DNA of 64,000 bases. Origin: Octopus vulgaris. Taxonomy: Eukaryota. The translations under genes were made by a program, and so were the position numbers. The notes under the pieces were generated by a model. The model was not told the origin of the DNA, did no database searches, and saw nothing but the letters and a program-made list of their open reading frames with translations. The DNA lies in contig OX597819.1 in assembly GCA_951406725.2 (NCBI GenBank), forward strand, positions 22,382,001 through 22,446,000, written 5' to 3'. Positions 26,760 to 40,133 of this stretch are shown one piece after another; position 1 is the stretch's first letter, and each line of letters begins with the position of its first letter.

Positions 26760-28120
26760 GTCCAATATATTTTTTAAGATATAAGAGTAGGTTTAACTGT
26801 GGTATGTATTTTGGATGTCGATTGCCCTTAGCTCGTCCTATTCCATTAAAAATTAATGATGATGGGTACTATCTTTCCATTAGAATTCCATTTAATTCTT
26901 GAAGTCTTTTCTCGCGCGCGTCATAATTTGAGACAACTGTACAAATTCTTCTCACTAGATCAAAAGGAATGATTATCTTCATGTGGTTAGAGGTAAACAG
27001 AAAATATTGCTTAGAATCAGTCGGTTTGTAGAGGACATCAGCTTCAACGTTTTTGTCATTTTTATGATTAAGTTATCTAGAAATGGCAGTTTGTCTTGAC
27101 TATATTCCATTGTGAATTGTATATAATTATTGAAGCTGTTTATTAGGTTTTTGATTTCATTGAGTTGGTCGAATGTGTGAGACCATAGAATGAGGCAGTC
27201 ATCCAAGTAGCGCTTCCAATTTTCCAACACTTGTAGAAATCCAGGCCGTATTTTAATTTTGACTGTTCATATATTTTCAACTTCTAGGTAAGCCATAACT
27301 ATATTAGCGTAATTTGGAGCAACTTTTATACCCATCAGAGTCCCTGATATCTATTTATAGGTTTTATCGTTAAAGTTAAAAAAGTTCTTTTGCAAAATGA
27401 ACTTAGGTCCCTCGAGAATAAGATCTTTTTCTATTCTTCCCGGAATCATACTGGAATATTTTCCCAGACAGTATTGTATTGCTTCCTGTCCGTATTAGTG
27501 TGGAATAGTAGCGTAGAGTTTTATCGCATCAAAAGAGAAGATGAAAATGTCCCTGCTGGCCTGTTTGGGGAGGTGGTTTAGAAAATCCTGGTCATCTCAT
27601 ATAATACTTAGTATGTGTTTGACAATTAGTTTTAGCAGTATGTCTATAAAATTGCTTAAACTGTGTGCTTCACAATTTTGGTCTGCCACAATTGGTCTCA
27701 GTTTGAAGTCAGTGGGATGTGGTGTATTGACGTAGGTGGAGGTGCACTTTTGCAAGCTTTGTTAATCATTTTGCTCCTGTGGATTTTCGGATGTCCGCAG
27801 AGGTTGCTGGTTTTGCATTTAGCATGTGTTAAATGGGCACATTCATTTTCCTTACTTTTTGATTTTAGAAAACGGGTGCGTTTAATTTGATCGTTGATTT
27901 TGCTGGTTGTTGTCTATACTTTCATGGTCAGTAGTATCTTCTAAGAGGTGAGAGACAGAATTGTTTTAGTATTTGTTATTCACAATGAAAGCAGTACTTC
28001 CCTTAATCCCTCCCTTCATTATGACATCATTATTGTTTTTTAAATCGTGGATGATCTCCCATTCATTTTGTCTGGATTGGATTTGGATTGAGGTTGGCTG
28101 CCATCAACCACATTGCTTTT
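26760..28120 (-). mobile_element. Penelope-like element RT remnant
   Basis: Minus strand: GTLMGIKVAPNYANIVMAYLE (~27345-27283), WKRYLDDCLILW, IQFTMEYSQDKLPFLD; PLE-type RT motifs. Confidence 0.85.
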
Positions 28121-28129
28121 TTTAAAAAA

Positions 28130-29530
28130 GAAGACAACAAGCGGAATGGTTAGTATTCAATAAACCCTACCGGAAAGAATTAAGATCTAAGTCATACATT
28201 AATTTACGTGATGACATCGATAACAAAATTGCTGATGAAGACATTGAGAAATTGTCCATCCTTCCACTCATGTTTATTGGTAACCCCAGATATGTGCCAT
28301 GACATATGTTAGGAACGTTGGTAGATCAGACCTATTCATAACTCTGAAATGTATTCCGAAGTGGAAAGAGATTCAAAATGGATTGCTTCCAGGTCAAACA
28401 CATGTAAATATATACCACCTCACTCATAGGTCTTCCAGACAGAAAGTGTTGAAAGTGATGGATGTCATGACAAAGGGAAATATCTTTGGACCGATCAGTT
28501 GTCATACGCACACAACTGAATGGCAGTAACCTCATGCATTCATTCTTATTTGGCTGCATGAAAAATTTCATTCTGATCAAATTGACAGAATAATATCTGC
28601 AAATCTACCCGATCCATCTAAAGACAAAGCATTGTATGAAATAGTTAAGATTCAAATGGTACATGGCCCATGTGGAGCTCTTAACAATAATTGACCCTGT
28701 ATGCAAGACAATAGATACCACAGAGAAATATCAACGAAGTTTTTGAAAGGATATCATTTTTGGAAGACACTCAACGATAGATATGTAACTTAAAAAAGGA
28801 ATCCTTGAGAATTAGATTCTCAAACAAAAGTTGGACAATTTCAAATTGGCAATAGGTGGACTGTTCCATATTACCCATTGTTACTCAAAATATTTAATGT
28901 TCATATCAATTTTGAATTTTACAACTCGGGTGAAATCCATAAAATATGTCTGCAAATATGTCAACAAAGGATCCGATACTGCAATGTTTGCTCTACAGAG
29001 ACAGGATGTTCAAGATGAAGTCAGAATATATGAAAACAAGGTAGATGCATCCGCAGAAATAAAGCATTTTGGAGAATATTTGCACTTCCATTACAGGACC
29101 GTTATTGTTCATATATTGGAAATCTGAATATTCTCCAAAATGCTTTATTGATGCTGAAGGTTTCTACCATGTTCATATATACAGACTTTATCATAAACAT
29201 CCTGCCTTTGAAGAGCAAACATTCAACAGTCGGCTGTTTGTCTGAAAAATGAGCAACGTGTCTATATCACAGCTGCAATCGCCGCTCAACAGTAATTGGT
29301 TCCTAAAGAAACTACTCTAACAGCTTATTTCAAACTTTGCCACGACGACGATCCATTTGCAATGAAAATTTATTGTTACAGACTACCATCTTAATACACA
29401 TAATTAGCAAGAGAAGACGCGCAAAAGTGGTGCACCTGTTAAAACTCATCCCGATCAGATTGAATAGTGCTTTTGGAAGATTTTTACCCAGTACATCTTA
29501 ATCAAAATGGGTGTCTCTACATAAGGATCC
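28130..29530 (+). mobile_element. Helitron Rep-domain remnant
   Basis: [57 protein letters not shown] are Helitron Rep motifs. Confidence 0.85.
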
Positions 29531-30799
29531 ATATTTGTTTATGCGTTTCTATTTGTCTATATATTAAACCGGAAAAATAAATAAATACATTTTGCTTTGT
29601 CAGCGCGATTACTCTGTCTCATACCTCACTGGGCAATCGAAACAGCACATTCTAATTGTATTGTTGAATGACTGTAAAGTTGCAAAGGTTTTATTTATAT
29701 TCTATTAAAATCTTTACTTTATAATTTACATCTCTTGACAATTATATTTGGAAATATTTGTTCTTGTATATAAGTAAAAGTTTTGTATATCTTCACTTTT
29801 ATAGCTAGAGAGACTGACCAGTTGAAAACCGGAACCAACGCCAAACCAGTTTACAATAAATTGATGAGGAATAAATTGATGAGGAATAAACTCATTTAAG
29901 TAACTAATGTAATAAACTAGTTTCAGAGCCAATTCTTCAGTTTCTTTTTGTTTTGTTTTTCCTATATATACTGTGATCTTTATGCTTGTTAGAAACCGTT
30001 ACAACAAAAATTTGATTAACACGCAACATTTACTTTCGCTCTGCCGATCATTCATCTGACCCTTACCGGTATTCTTCAATGCCACCAAGTCAATCTTCAG
30101 CCTTTCTTTTTCTTCAACTGCCCCTTGTTTTCAGTATCCCATCCATCGTACCACACTCAGACCGATGCTCCACCGACCAACTTTATCTCATCACCATACT
30201 ATCACTTACATTCAATACCCAAACTCACAGACCCCACTGCCCAGCACATCCTCGCAGCTATCGCTTACACACATGCATACGCATACAACCTGTTCTCCAT
30301 CTGATTACCGCCTCTACATAGACCAACACGTCCACACATACATAATGTCTTACACTCTAATGATATGATGTATCTACCCAGACATACCGGCTCTCTGTTT
30401 CACGTACACCCATTCGCATAGACACACACGTAATAAATTGCTCTTATTCTCTACCGTAATCCCACATAAACCTCATACCTGTTCTAGAATGCACACCTCG
30501 CACACATACCATCATTTCCTCTGTGCTTTACAGCTGTCCTTTAATTATTCATCCGTGGATCAACAATTGCTCAAGACAATAATTAATCTTTCCAACTGAT
30601 ATTTCAAGTCGCGTAATACAAGCACGGACCAACACACAAACTTGCAACGCACTCACACACGCCCCCGCTTCGCTAAACTCCTTCTTCCTTCGCCAATACT
30701 CAAAAAGCATGAAGTGCTTGAAAAACTATACGTTTTAACACTTGCTGGATCAAATTGAAACACCGAAAGCCTTCCCTACGCCCGAGCTCTTCAAAAAGA

Positions 30800-31210
30800 A
30801 AGTTATGTTGACTATTTGGTGGTGCACTGCTTGACTCATCCACTATAACTTCTTAAAACACGGAAAAATACATTACTGAAGAATCATATTGCCATGAAAT
30901 TGCCAAAATAAACGAAAAACTGCCACTCCTCCATTCTAGACCGGTCAACAGAAGAAGGCCAATCATTTTTTATGACAAGGCCCGACGACATGTTTCACTA
31001 ATGACGCACAAGATGTCGAGGGAATTTAGCTAAGAAGTTCTTCCCCACGCAGGTTATTCCACAGAGTTTTCTTCTACCGATGGTTTCCTGCGAGAGAAGG
31101 AGTTCAAAAATCAAACCAATGCTGAAAGTGAATTCAAAGAGTTCATCAGCTCCGAAACTCCAGCTTTTTATGTTACCAGAATGAACAAACTTGGAACTCG
31201 TTGGCAAAAT
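30800..31210 (+). mobile_element. Mariner transposase remnant
   Basis: KKVMLTIWW near 30795 and VNRRRPIIFYDKARRHVS (HDNARPH-like) near 30945-31000. Confidence 0.6.
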
Positions 31211-31299
31211 TATGTTGATTGTAATGGTCCTTACTTTGGTGACTAAAATTTCCGCATTGTATAGATATATTGTGATGAATTTCATGTTTCAAAACGTTG

Positions 31300-32900
31300 C
31301 TTACTTTTTACTAAGCCTGGTAGAACGAAATCATAGATAAATATGAGAAGAGTGCTTGCAGTGGAAATAGCACGGGAATTCGACCGAAGCATATCGACGT
31401 TTTGCACCATCTTGAAGAAAAACGACAAGATGAAGGCTGTTACAGTAGTAAAGGGTGTCTGTCTCCAGGCTCTCTAAGTAACTCACTTCTGTCCACGAAT
31501 GGACGGGAAAATTGCATCTCCTGAAGCAACTCGCAGAGGATACGATTACATAGACCATCATCTGCGGGAAAGCACGGGCGCTGTATGGAAATCTCCTGAA
31601 TAAGAAACCTGGAACATCAACAGAGGAGACATTAGCAGACGCATATGAGACCAGTCGCGGCTGCTGTCATAATTTAAAGAATAGGACTGGTGTTCATAGC
31701 GTCGTCAAGTATACAGAGGCAGCGAGTTCTGACACGAAAGCAGCTGAAGATTTCGTGCGTGAGTTCCGTCAGCTCATCGCAGCCGAGGGGTACACAACTG
31801 GTAGTCAACTGTGGTGAAACTGACCTTTTTTGGAAAGAAATGACCAGAACATACATATCTTTAGACGGGAAAAAATTCCAGGCTAAATATCGTCCTTCGT
31901 GCCAATGTGAGTGGAGACATGAAGATTAAGATACTCCTTGTTTACCGTTCCGAAAACCCATGCGCGTTCAAGTCGCACAAAATACCGAAGGAGAAGCTGC
32001 AGGTCATGTGGAGGACAAACGTTAAACCCTGGGTAACCAGGCAATTCTTCTTAAATTTATTTTCCGTACCTTTCACTCAACACTACCCCTATCTTGCAGC
32101 CCAGAGGCCAACAGGTGATTTTTAATTTTAAAAAGTTGAATACCAAACACCTGTTTCCTCGATCCTTTGGATTCACCGGAAATACAAATCTAACCCTTCG
32201 TGAGTTTTGAAAGGAGCACTGCAGCATTGTATACTGCCTGAAAATCATCGATATAGCCTGGCAGGGTGTAGCGAGAACACTGGATTCTGCATGGAGGAAA
32301 CAGTGGTCTAACTGCGTATCTGAAAAAGTCTTCGAAGAGTTTGAGTCTGAGATACCTGTAGTTGAGGAGATAGTTTCTCATAGGAAGTCCATGGGCCTCG
32401 AGGTTGATGGGGAACATTAACGATCTCATCGAGGAGCACTCAGAGAAGCTGACGACCGATGAACTCCTACAGCTTCAGGAGCAGGAGCATTTGGATGCGG
32501 TGGAAGAGATAGGTTCCCCAAAGGAGGACAGTGAAGCGGGAAATGCCGAGGAGAGTGTAGCGGAGAATGCCGAGTGACATACATGCAGTGTTTGCAAAGT
32601 CGCAGTAAGTTTCTGAATTTGTAGATAAATATCATCCTGTAAAAGTAGCTACATATCGTACAGCTGTTTAATTTAATGACTCTGGTGCATTTTCGTAACA
32701 TTTTGGAAGGCAGGAAAAAGCAGGCTTATCTTGATATGTTTCTAATGCAAAGACCTGCAAATTAAAAAAAGTGGTGAACGTGTATCCAAAAATATTAAAT
32801 GAAGTGAAGTGAGAGAGAAAATGCTAGAAATTGTTATTCCTCAAGTTTTAATGAAAGGGAATTCTCCTTCCCGCTCTATCGTCTTCCCTGCGCACATATC
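31300..32900 (+). mobile_element. Tigger/pogo transposase remnant
   Basis: EAASSDTKAAEDFVREFRQLIAAEGY, NCGETDLFWKEMTRTYI, LLVYRSENPCAFKSHK, LQVMWRTNVKPWVTRQFF are Tigger1-like motifs across frameshifts. Confidence 0.85.
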
Positions 32901-32935
32901 GTTCCATCTTTAAGGTAATTCAGTTAATAAAATCC

Positions 32936-33150
32936 AAGGCGGCGACCTGGCAAAATCGTTAGCACACCAGGCGACAAGCTTAACGGTATTTCGTCTGTCT
33001 TTACGTTCTGAGTTCAAAATTCCGCCGAGGTCGACTTTGCCTTTCATCCTTTCGGGGTCGATAAATTAAGTACCGGTTGCGTATTGGGGTCGATCTCATC
33101 AACTGGCACCTTTCCCCCAAATTTCCGGTTTTGTTCTTCGAGTAGAAAAC
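32936..33150 (+). mobile_element. tRNA-derived SINE with target-site duplication
   Basis: Same head and core as 25115; aattcagttaataaaatc occurs on both sides (~32917 and ~33151). Confidence 0.85.
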
Positions 33151-33214
33151 AATTCAGTTAATAAAATCAGTTTCCATATTTCTTTTACATTCTTTCTTTA
33201 TAATTGTCATTTTA

Positions 33215-33275
<61 letters not shown>

Positions 33276-33499
33276 TTTACTGGTGAAGGCTTAGTTGTAG
33301 GCAATAGATAGTAGGTGGTAGTAGTCCTAAAAGAATATTTGATAAATAGCACTATCTGGCAACCGGGCTAGATTGCAACGGTGAAGGCTTTTCCAGAATG
33401 ACAGTGTTTCGTCCACTTGTGACAGTGATGTATTGTGACTCTCTATTAAAAGGGACAATACTTACACAGCATCATCGCAGATTCGTATTTCTTAAATTC

Positions 33500-34860
33500 T
33501 AAGGAAACTTTTACGTAAAAAATAAAGACCAAGACCACAATGCAAGAAGAAAACAGGGTCTTTAATGAAGATTAGGGATTGCAGTATTAATTTGTACCTT
33601 GGAAAGTTAAGAAGGTTTGTTTTCTTTGTGATACTGCGATAACGACATTAACACTTAATGCTCATCAGCTCTATACGACTCATAAAGATAATAAATATTT
33701 TAATTTAGAGGAAGAGACACGAAATTTTGGTCTGCAAATATTTAAAGAATGGAAAACAAAAGCAAATACAGCTATTTCAGTCTGTGCCGAAATCTGAAAA
33801 TTATGTCACAGAAGCAACTTGTACAGTTGCTATTATACTGAGGAAAAAAGGTAAGCCTTTCAGGGATGTGGGAATTATGAAACAGTGTATTACTGAAGTC
33901 AAAGCATGCTCAAACTCCGATAAGATTTCAAAATATAAACAATTACCTCTTTCGAAGAGAACCATAACTGAACAGCAGTATAAGTTATCCCCCAATGTAA
34001 CAGAACACATTCACACTTGTATATGTGCAGATGGTACTCCTTCCATGACTGGAAAACGTAAAAGATTTATTGCTTAGATAAGTTGTATTAGATCCAGATG
34101 TTCTCATAAATTTTCCTCGTATATATCATCAGCAAAATTTACTTTTTTAACTATATTGTTAACTATATTCGTACCAATGCAACAATGCTACGTTATTTAC
34201 ATAACGTGCTGCGGTTGGACAATGAAGTATTCGGTGTGCATTTGATGTATCTCTCTTTATGCAAGCAGATAATAAAATTTATTAGGAACAGAATAAACAA
34301 TGTGAATTATTAGATGAATATTTCTATACAAATACTGTATTTCTTTGATATATCATGCCAAAGCAAAATGACTTGAATATTTGTTTGTAGGGTAAAACAA
34401 AATTTATGACGTGGCAAAAGTTCAAGCATTTCCGAAAAAACTTTCTATTTTGAAAGATTTTTTCCTTTAAAATGAAATTTTAATTATACACTTTCCTCAT
34501 TTAGCTAAGGCTATTTATGACCACGAACATCCGCTTGAAACCGTTGATGAACATGCAGGTGTTCTGGATTAATTAAGTGAAGAATACTGTGAAAAGTTCA
34601 CTGACTTGGCGGAAGATGATATTACACAGATATTCAACCATATTGAGTTGATCCTTGCAATACTCACAAAGTGATGCAGGTGAAATTAATCGAGTTCTCA
34701 GAATATTACATCTTAAAGTCGCTATTTAACGTTAAAAAGGATCCAGTTGAAGTAAGGAAAAAGGTAGTAGAATACCCACGACTTTTTGAACATACGCAAA
34801 ATTTGCTTTCTTGCGTCTCTATAACATATTGCTAATAATTTATATTTTCAAACTTAAACA
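33500..34860 (+). mobile_element. hAT (GTF2IRD2/Charlie-like) transposase remnant
   Basis: KKGKPFRDVGIMKQCI, LPLSKRTI, ICADGTPSMTGKRKRFIA (TDGAPSMTG-like motif). Confidence 0.75.
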
Positions 34861-36750
34861 TAACATAGGCCTTCTTTCTTTACGCGAAAGAAACAGCCTC
34901 AGTACGCGTAAAGATAGAACCCCTCTTCCAAAAGAATGGCTCCCTCACAGACAGTCCAACTAGGATCAGTGAGGTACTGAATGATCAGTTCAAAAGTGTC
35001 TTTACCTCTCCGTTGGAACACTGACAATTGAACGAACCAGTGGACTTCTTTGCCGCTTCACATACAACCAGCGAGGCAATTACGATGGAATACATTGACA
35101 TTAGTGAAGAAGATATACCACTAGCCATAGTCGAAGTGGACACAAACTCAACTGCTGGTCCTGATGGATTCCCAGCAATCCTGCTCAAATCGTGTAAGCA
35201 TGCGCTGGCAAAACCCCACCAGATTCTCTTCCAGAGACAGCTAAGCAAGCTGAAGGATGGAATAATATGCCCAATCCATAAAGGGGGAAGCAGAGCAGAT
35301 GCCAAAAACTATAAACCTATCTCTTTGACTTCACACATCAGCAAAGTCATGGAACGGATAGTCAGAGGGAAAGTAATTGCATTCCTTGAAGAAAATAACT
35401 GAGATATACCCACCATGGCTTTCGACCAGGTAGGAGCTGCTTGACCCAGCTCTTACAACATTATGACTGGGTGTTGAGGTAGTTACTCAACAACTCAAGT
35501 ATGGACGTAATATACCTTGATTTTGCAAAAGCTTTTGACAAGTTGGATCATGGTATGATATGCCACAAACTGCGTGATCTCGACATAGCTGGAGAACTTG
35601 GAGAGTGGTTACATGACTTTCTGAAAGATAGAAGTCAGATAGTAGTGGCTAACGGAGCCACTTCAATGAAAACACGAACAGTGAACGGTGTTCCACAAGG
35701 CACTGTCTTGGGACTGTCTTTAGAGTGGCCCTCTCAGATATGACCTGAAGGACCCAGATAGCCACCCCTGCAAGTTACGCAGACGATACGAAAGTCTCGC
35801 AGAAAATACAGAACCCCAGCGATGTTGCACATCTGCAGTAGGAGTTGGACCCAAGTTACAGATGGTCTGATGATAATATTATGCAGTTTAGTGCTGGAAA
35901 ATTCCAAGCCCTACGCTACCAGCGTCCAAAACTGAATATGAAACTTACAGGATACACTAGTACACAGGGAATTTCAATCCCAGAGCCTAAATCAGTGAGA
36001 GACCTGGGTATCCACATGAGTGATGATACCTCTTTCCAATTGAACATTACCAAGATGTCGAGAAAGTGCAGATGACTAGCTGGATGGATCCTGAGAACAT
36101 TCAGAACCAGGGATATGAAAACCAAGATGGTCCTCTGGAGGACAGTCGTCCACAGTCGCCTGGATTACTGCTCACATCTATGGTCACCCAACAGTGTGAA
36201 ATTAACAGCGGACCTTGAAGCAATCCAGAGAAGATTCACAAAGAAGACCGTCCCTTTGCAACTGCTCAGGTACTGGGAAAGGCTGAAACAGCTAAGACTC
36301 TATTCCCTGGAGAGAAGGCGGGAGAGGTATGCAGTAATATACATCTGGAAGATCCTGGAAGTGATTGTGCCAAATTTTGGCACTGAAAGCTACACCAATG
36401 CCAGAACGGGACGACACTGCTTAGTGCCACAGATCCCACCAACGCCATCGCACTTCAGGAGCAGTTACAGCAACAGCCTGGGTTTCAAGGGCCCACAACT
36501 TTTTAATATTCTCCCAAAGAGCCTAATGAACCTGCACAAAGTAGATGTAGGCGTTTTTAAATCAAATCTGGAACTTTTCCTGTCGAGAGTCACAGATGAA
36601 CCTACATCACGGCAAGAGGTGCAAAAGAGGTTAGCTATATCAAACTCCATTCTTCACCATGTGCCACATATTGGAGGAGGCTCTACAGTAATAACACTGT
36701 AGCAAAACGACGGTGCATCAGCTTGGCCGCAGCTCTGAGCTGCAACTACA

Positions 36751-36753
<3 letters not shown>
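34860..36753 (+). mobile_element. CR1/L2-type LINE, 5'-truncated RT region with stops
   Basis: AGPDGFPAILLK, NYKPISLTSHISKVMERIV, YLDFAKAFDKLDH, GVPQGTVLG, YADDTK, LRLYSLERRRERY; 3' tail ends in (TA)n. Confidence 0.9.
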
Positions 36754-36848
<95 letters not shown>

Positions 36849-36880
36849 TGTAGTTTCAGCTCAGAGCTGCGGCCAAGCTG

Positions 36881-37618
36881 ATTGGTAAATGTTTTTGATT
36901 TTCACTCTCGATAAATTTATCCCTTTTTTTATTTCCCTAGCACTTCGCATCCTTATTTAGGAGCCCTTAATTATATTTCTACATGAATAATATTTTTCTA
37001 AATGAATAATATTTTGTCTAATGACTAATTCGTCCTTTTTGCTGGGCCACTGGTAGTAATCTATATTATTACCCTTTTGATTATATTCACATATTACTTA
37101 ATAGATTTATTCATAAAATTTTTTCCCGGCATGCCCTATATCGCAGGGTAGATTTTGCGTCTGCGCAGAGATCTGAAAAGTTAAGATCTGCAAGTTGTTT
37201 AGATCAACATATGGTCTAACGCGCTGCGCATCTCGATGTAACTTAGGCGTCTCGCTGATGAAACCGGCCTTAGCAAACATATTCTGTCTGTTTTGCTAGA
37301 AAGAGGAAGAAACTGATATCAGTCCGGGATGTATCGTTATTGGTAAATGTTTTTGATTTTCACTCTCGATAAATTTATCCTTTTTTGTGTCCCTAGCACT
37401 TGGTATCCTTATTTAGGAGCCCTTAATTATATTTCTATATGAATAATATTTTTCTATATGAATAATATTTTGTCTAATGACTAATTCGTCCATTGTGGCC
37501 CAGCACAAAGGACGAATTAGTCATTAGACAAAATATTATTCATATAGAAAAATATTATTCATATTCATGTGTGAATATAATCAAAAGGGTAATAATATAC
37601 CTTTTGATTATATTCACA
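36881..37618 (+). mobile_element. Penelope pseudo-LTR / retrozyme-like non-coding element
   Basis: ~155 bp direct repeats (36881-37035, 37339-37491), an inverted partial copy (37495-37563) and a hammerhead motif at 37247-37332; inserted next to (TA)n and (CA)n. Confidence 0.65.
37247..37332 (+). ncRNA. Type I hammerhead ribozyme motif
   Basis: Stem I GCGTCTCG/CGGGATGT; CTGATGA 37255-37261; long stem II (tagcaaaca/tgttttgcta); GAAA 37309-37312; palindromic stem III CTGATATCAG; GTC triplet ending at 37324. The base of stem II is mismatched. Confidence 0.65.
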
Positions 37619-37628
37619 CACACACACA

Positions 37629-37728
<100 letters not shown>

Positions 37729-37832
37729 TTATGTATGCATGTATGCATGTATATATGTATGCAAGCATGTATATACTTACTTGGAAATGGATACGTTGCG
37801 TTCAATTAAATAAAATTATAAGTAATATATAT

Positions 37833-37887
<55 letters not shown>

Positions 37888-39021
37888 GGTACAGGACGTA
37901 ACCAACAGTAAACAACATGAATTCCGAAAACAAATGAATAAAATAAGCAAATAACGAGTGAAAAAAGGACAAATAATACAAAGAATGCTCTTCATCAGTT
38001 GTCGGATATCTATCTACTCCCCATTTCGAGTAATCAATGACAATATGAGACTTCGAAGACAATTGCTTCCATAAATACCAAAATATAATTTTGGAAATTA
38101 CGGAGGGCCAAAGTTAGGGGAAAAAACAGGATAGTGGAGGGAAACCGCCATATTATAGCGTTCTTTATCCTAGGACACTCAATGTAAGTAACTGAGTAGT
38201 GATTCTTTATGATAAAAGAGTGTAAAACTCCTTCGCTGCTCAAAAACAAATACAAAAATAAGGTTATTTCCTCTTCTTAATAATATTGTTATGTCTCCTT
38301 CACCTAATCAATAATGTTATTTCTTCTTCAAACTAAGAAACTTCCCAATATTGTTGGTTGTAACTTTCTTCAACGGTGGATATTTTCTTATCCGTAAAAA
38401 GCATGTTTCTATGAGCACCGTCAGTGTACCGGAGAAGAAGCTGTTTAGATCATGTCGTTCTGCTCACTTTCAGTGAAGGAGCTAACATGCCCTGTACATC
38501 GACGATAGGCACTCACCACTAGATCTTAAATAAATAAATAAATAAATAAGTAAATAAAGAGAAACTTTCTGCGTTTGAGCTATCTCCCGTATAACTGTTC
38601 TGCGCTTTTAAGGCAGCGATTACAGCGTACCCTTTCAATTGCTGTGATACCCTTGTGTCTGACATTATTTATTTGAAATGTAAGGTTTTAAAAAACTGAA
38701 TGAGCAAGAGAATTAAAGCTCTTGAACCACGTGACGTCAAAAACCCGACGTAGATGTATATGTGCATATCTGTCTATCTATCGATCAATCACTCTACGAT
38801 ATTATCTTTTCTGTCGTGTCGATCGGGGCACCGTTTATTTATTCACTTTATTAACTTCAGGTGCAGAAGAAGAAACCGTTGTTTTCACTTCTCTACGAGC
38901 CATAAAATATCTTTAGTTCTCAGCAAGTATTTTATAAATTGTCATTCTTATCCACTTCAGGTTTGGCACTGAGATATATTGTCAGCAGCTGTTTATTAGT
39001 ATTGAGGATCTTACATTCAGT

Positions 39022-39054
39022 TATAGATACTCATTGTGTTCGCAGTCTTCATTC
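39022..39054 (+). promoter_or_regulatory. Core promoter of gene B: variant TATA (TATAGATA) plus initiator
   Basis: Paralogous to 2820-2852 within an ~800 bp homologous block (2420-3210 vs 38575-39385); same 29 nt spacing. Confidence 0.55.
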
Positions 39055-39091
39055 TTTTAAATTTCTTCACAGCTTTGTCCTTTTCGTATAC
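39051..39091 (+). other. Gene B putative non-coding exon 1
   Basis: Near-identical to 2849-2889; donor TAC|GTAAGT at 39092. Confidence 0.6.
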
Positions 39092-39599
39092 GTAAGTGAA
39101 CTTCTAAAATTATCTTATTTTTTAATGGAATTCGTATGAAATATTTAAATGTTTGTTTTGCTTTATAACTCAGATATGATTTAAAAAATTGAATCTTTTC
39201 GTCAATGTGTTCATGTAGTACATAAATTTGGAAACGTGTCTAATATAAAGTCATCTGAAAGTTTGTTGATTTTATTTTATTGGTAAAGAACAAAATATAT
39301 GGTCTAAATCTAAAATAATTGTATTTTCTGTTTTTGGGTGTGAATATGTCCTACCTATCTATGTATATATCTATCTGTCTATCTATTAACTATATATATA
39401 TATATATATATAATTAAAATAAGCAACAATATATCAAGTAGTGATGCAGTACGACCATTCCAAGCGGCTCCATTTAATTCAGCAATGCAATCATTATATT
39501 GTGTTGTCTAAGGCAGGATACAACCATAGAATTAATTTTTTAACACAGAAAATATAACGCCTACTAATAATATAAATAATCAGAGGGAGAATACAGGCT

Positions 39600-40066
39600 T
39601 ACTTGGTCGGGGAAACAGACCTACTATGAAAGCATCCGCCAAACCCATCAATTTAAATAATGAGATAAGTAACAATTACAAATTAGATACTATAACCAGT
39701 AGGAATAATAGTTTGTATAATAATTGTAGTGAGGCGGTTGAGCGGATTATGCCACCATCTAATGATAAGAAAAATTCTGATAGTATAGCCATACCTAATA
39801 ATCAAGTCACGAGTTTGGAAGGTGGTGAAAGAGTAAGTAGATTCGGCCTTTATATACGTAAGAGAACTGAAAGTAATGATTTGGTCTGGTTTAATATTCC
39901 ATTCAACTGTGCCATATCCACCAACATATATAAGGAATTTATGGAAATTTTGGAAAAAAAAACTTCCCTGTTTCCTTTAGATATAATAGAATATTTTCCC
40001 GTAAGACAGTTAGAATATTGTATTCTATCCTCCTCAATATAGGTACCATCATAGCCAAGTTAAACA

Positions 40067-40070
<4 letters not shown>
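39600..40070 (+). mobile_element. Penelope-like ORF fragment
   Basis: LVWFNIPFNCAISTNIYKEFMEILEK resembles the WFNPP...TNI..FL motif downstream of PLE RT. Confidence 0.5.
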
Positions 40071-40130
<60 letters not shown>

Positions 40131-40133
<3 letters not shown>

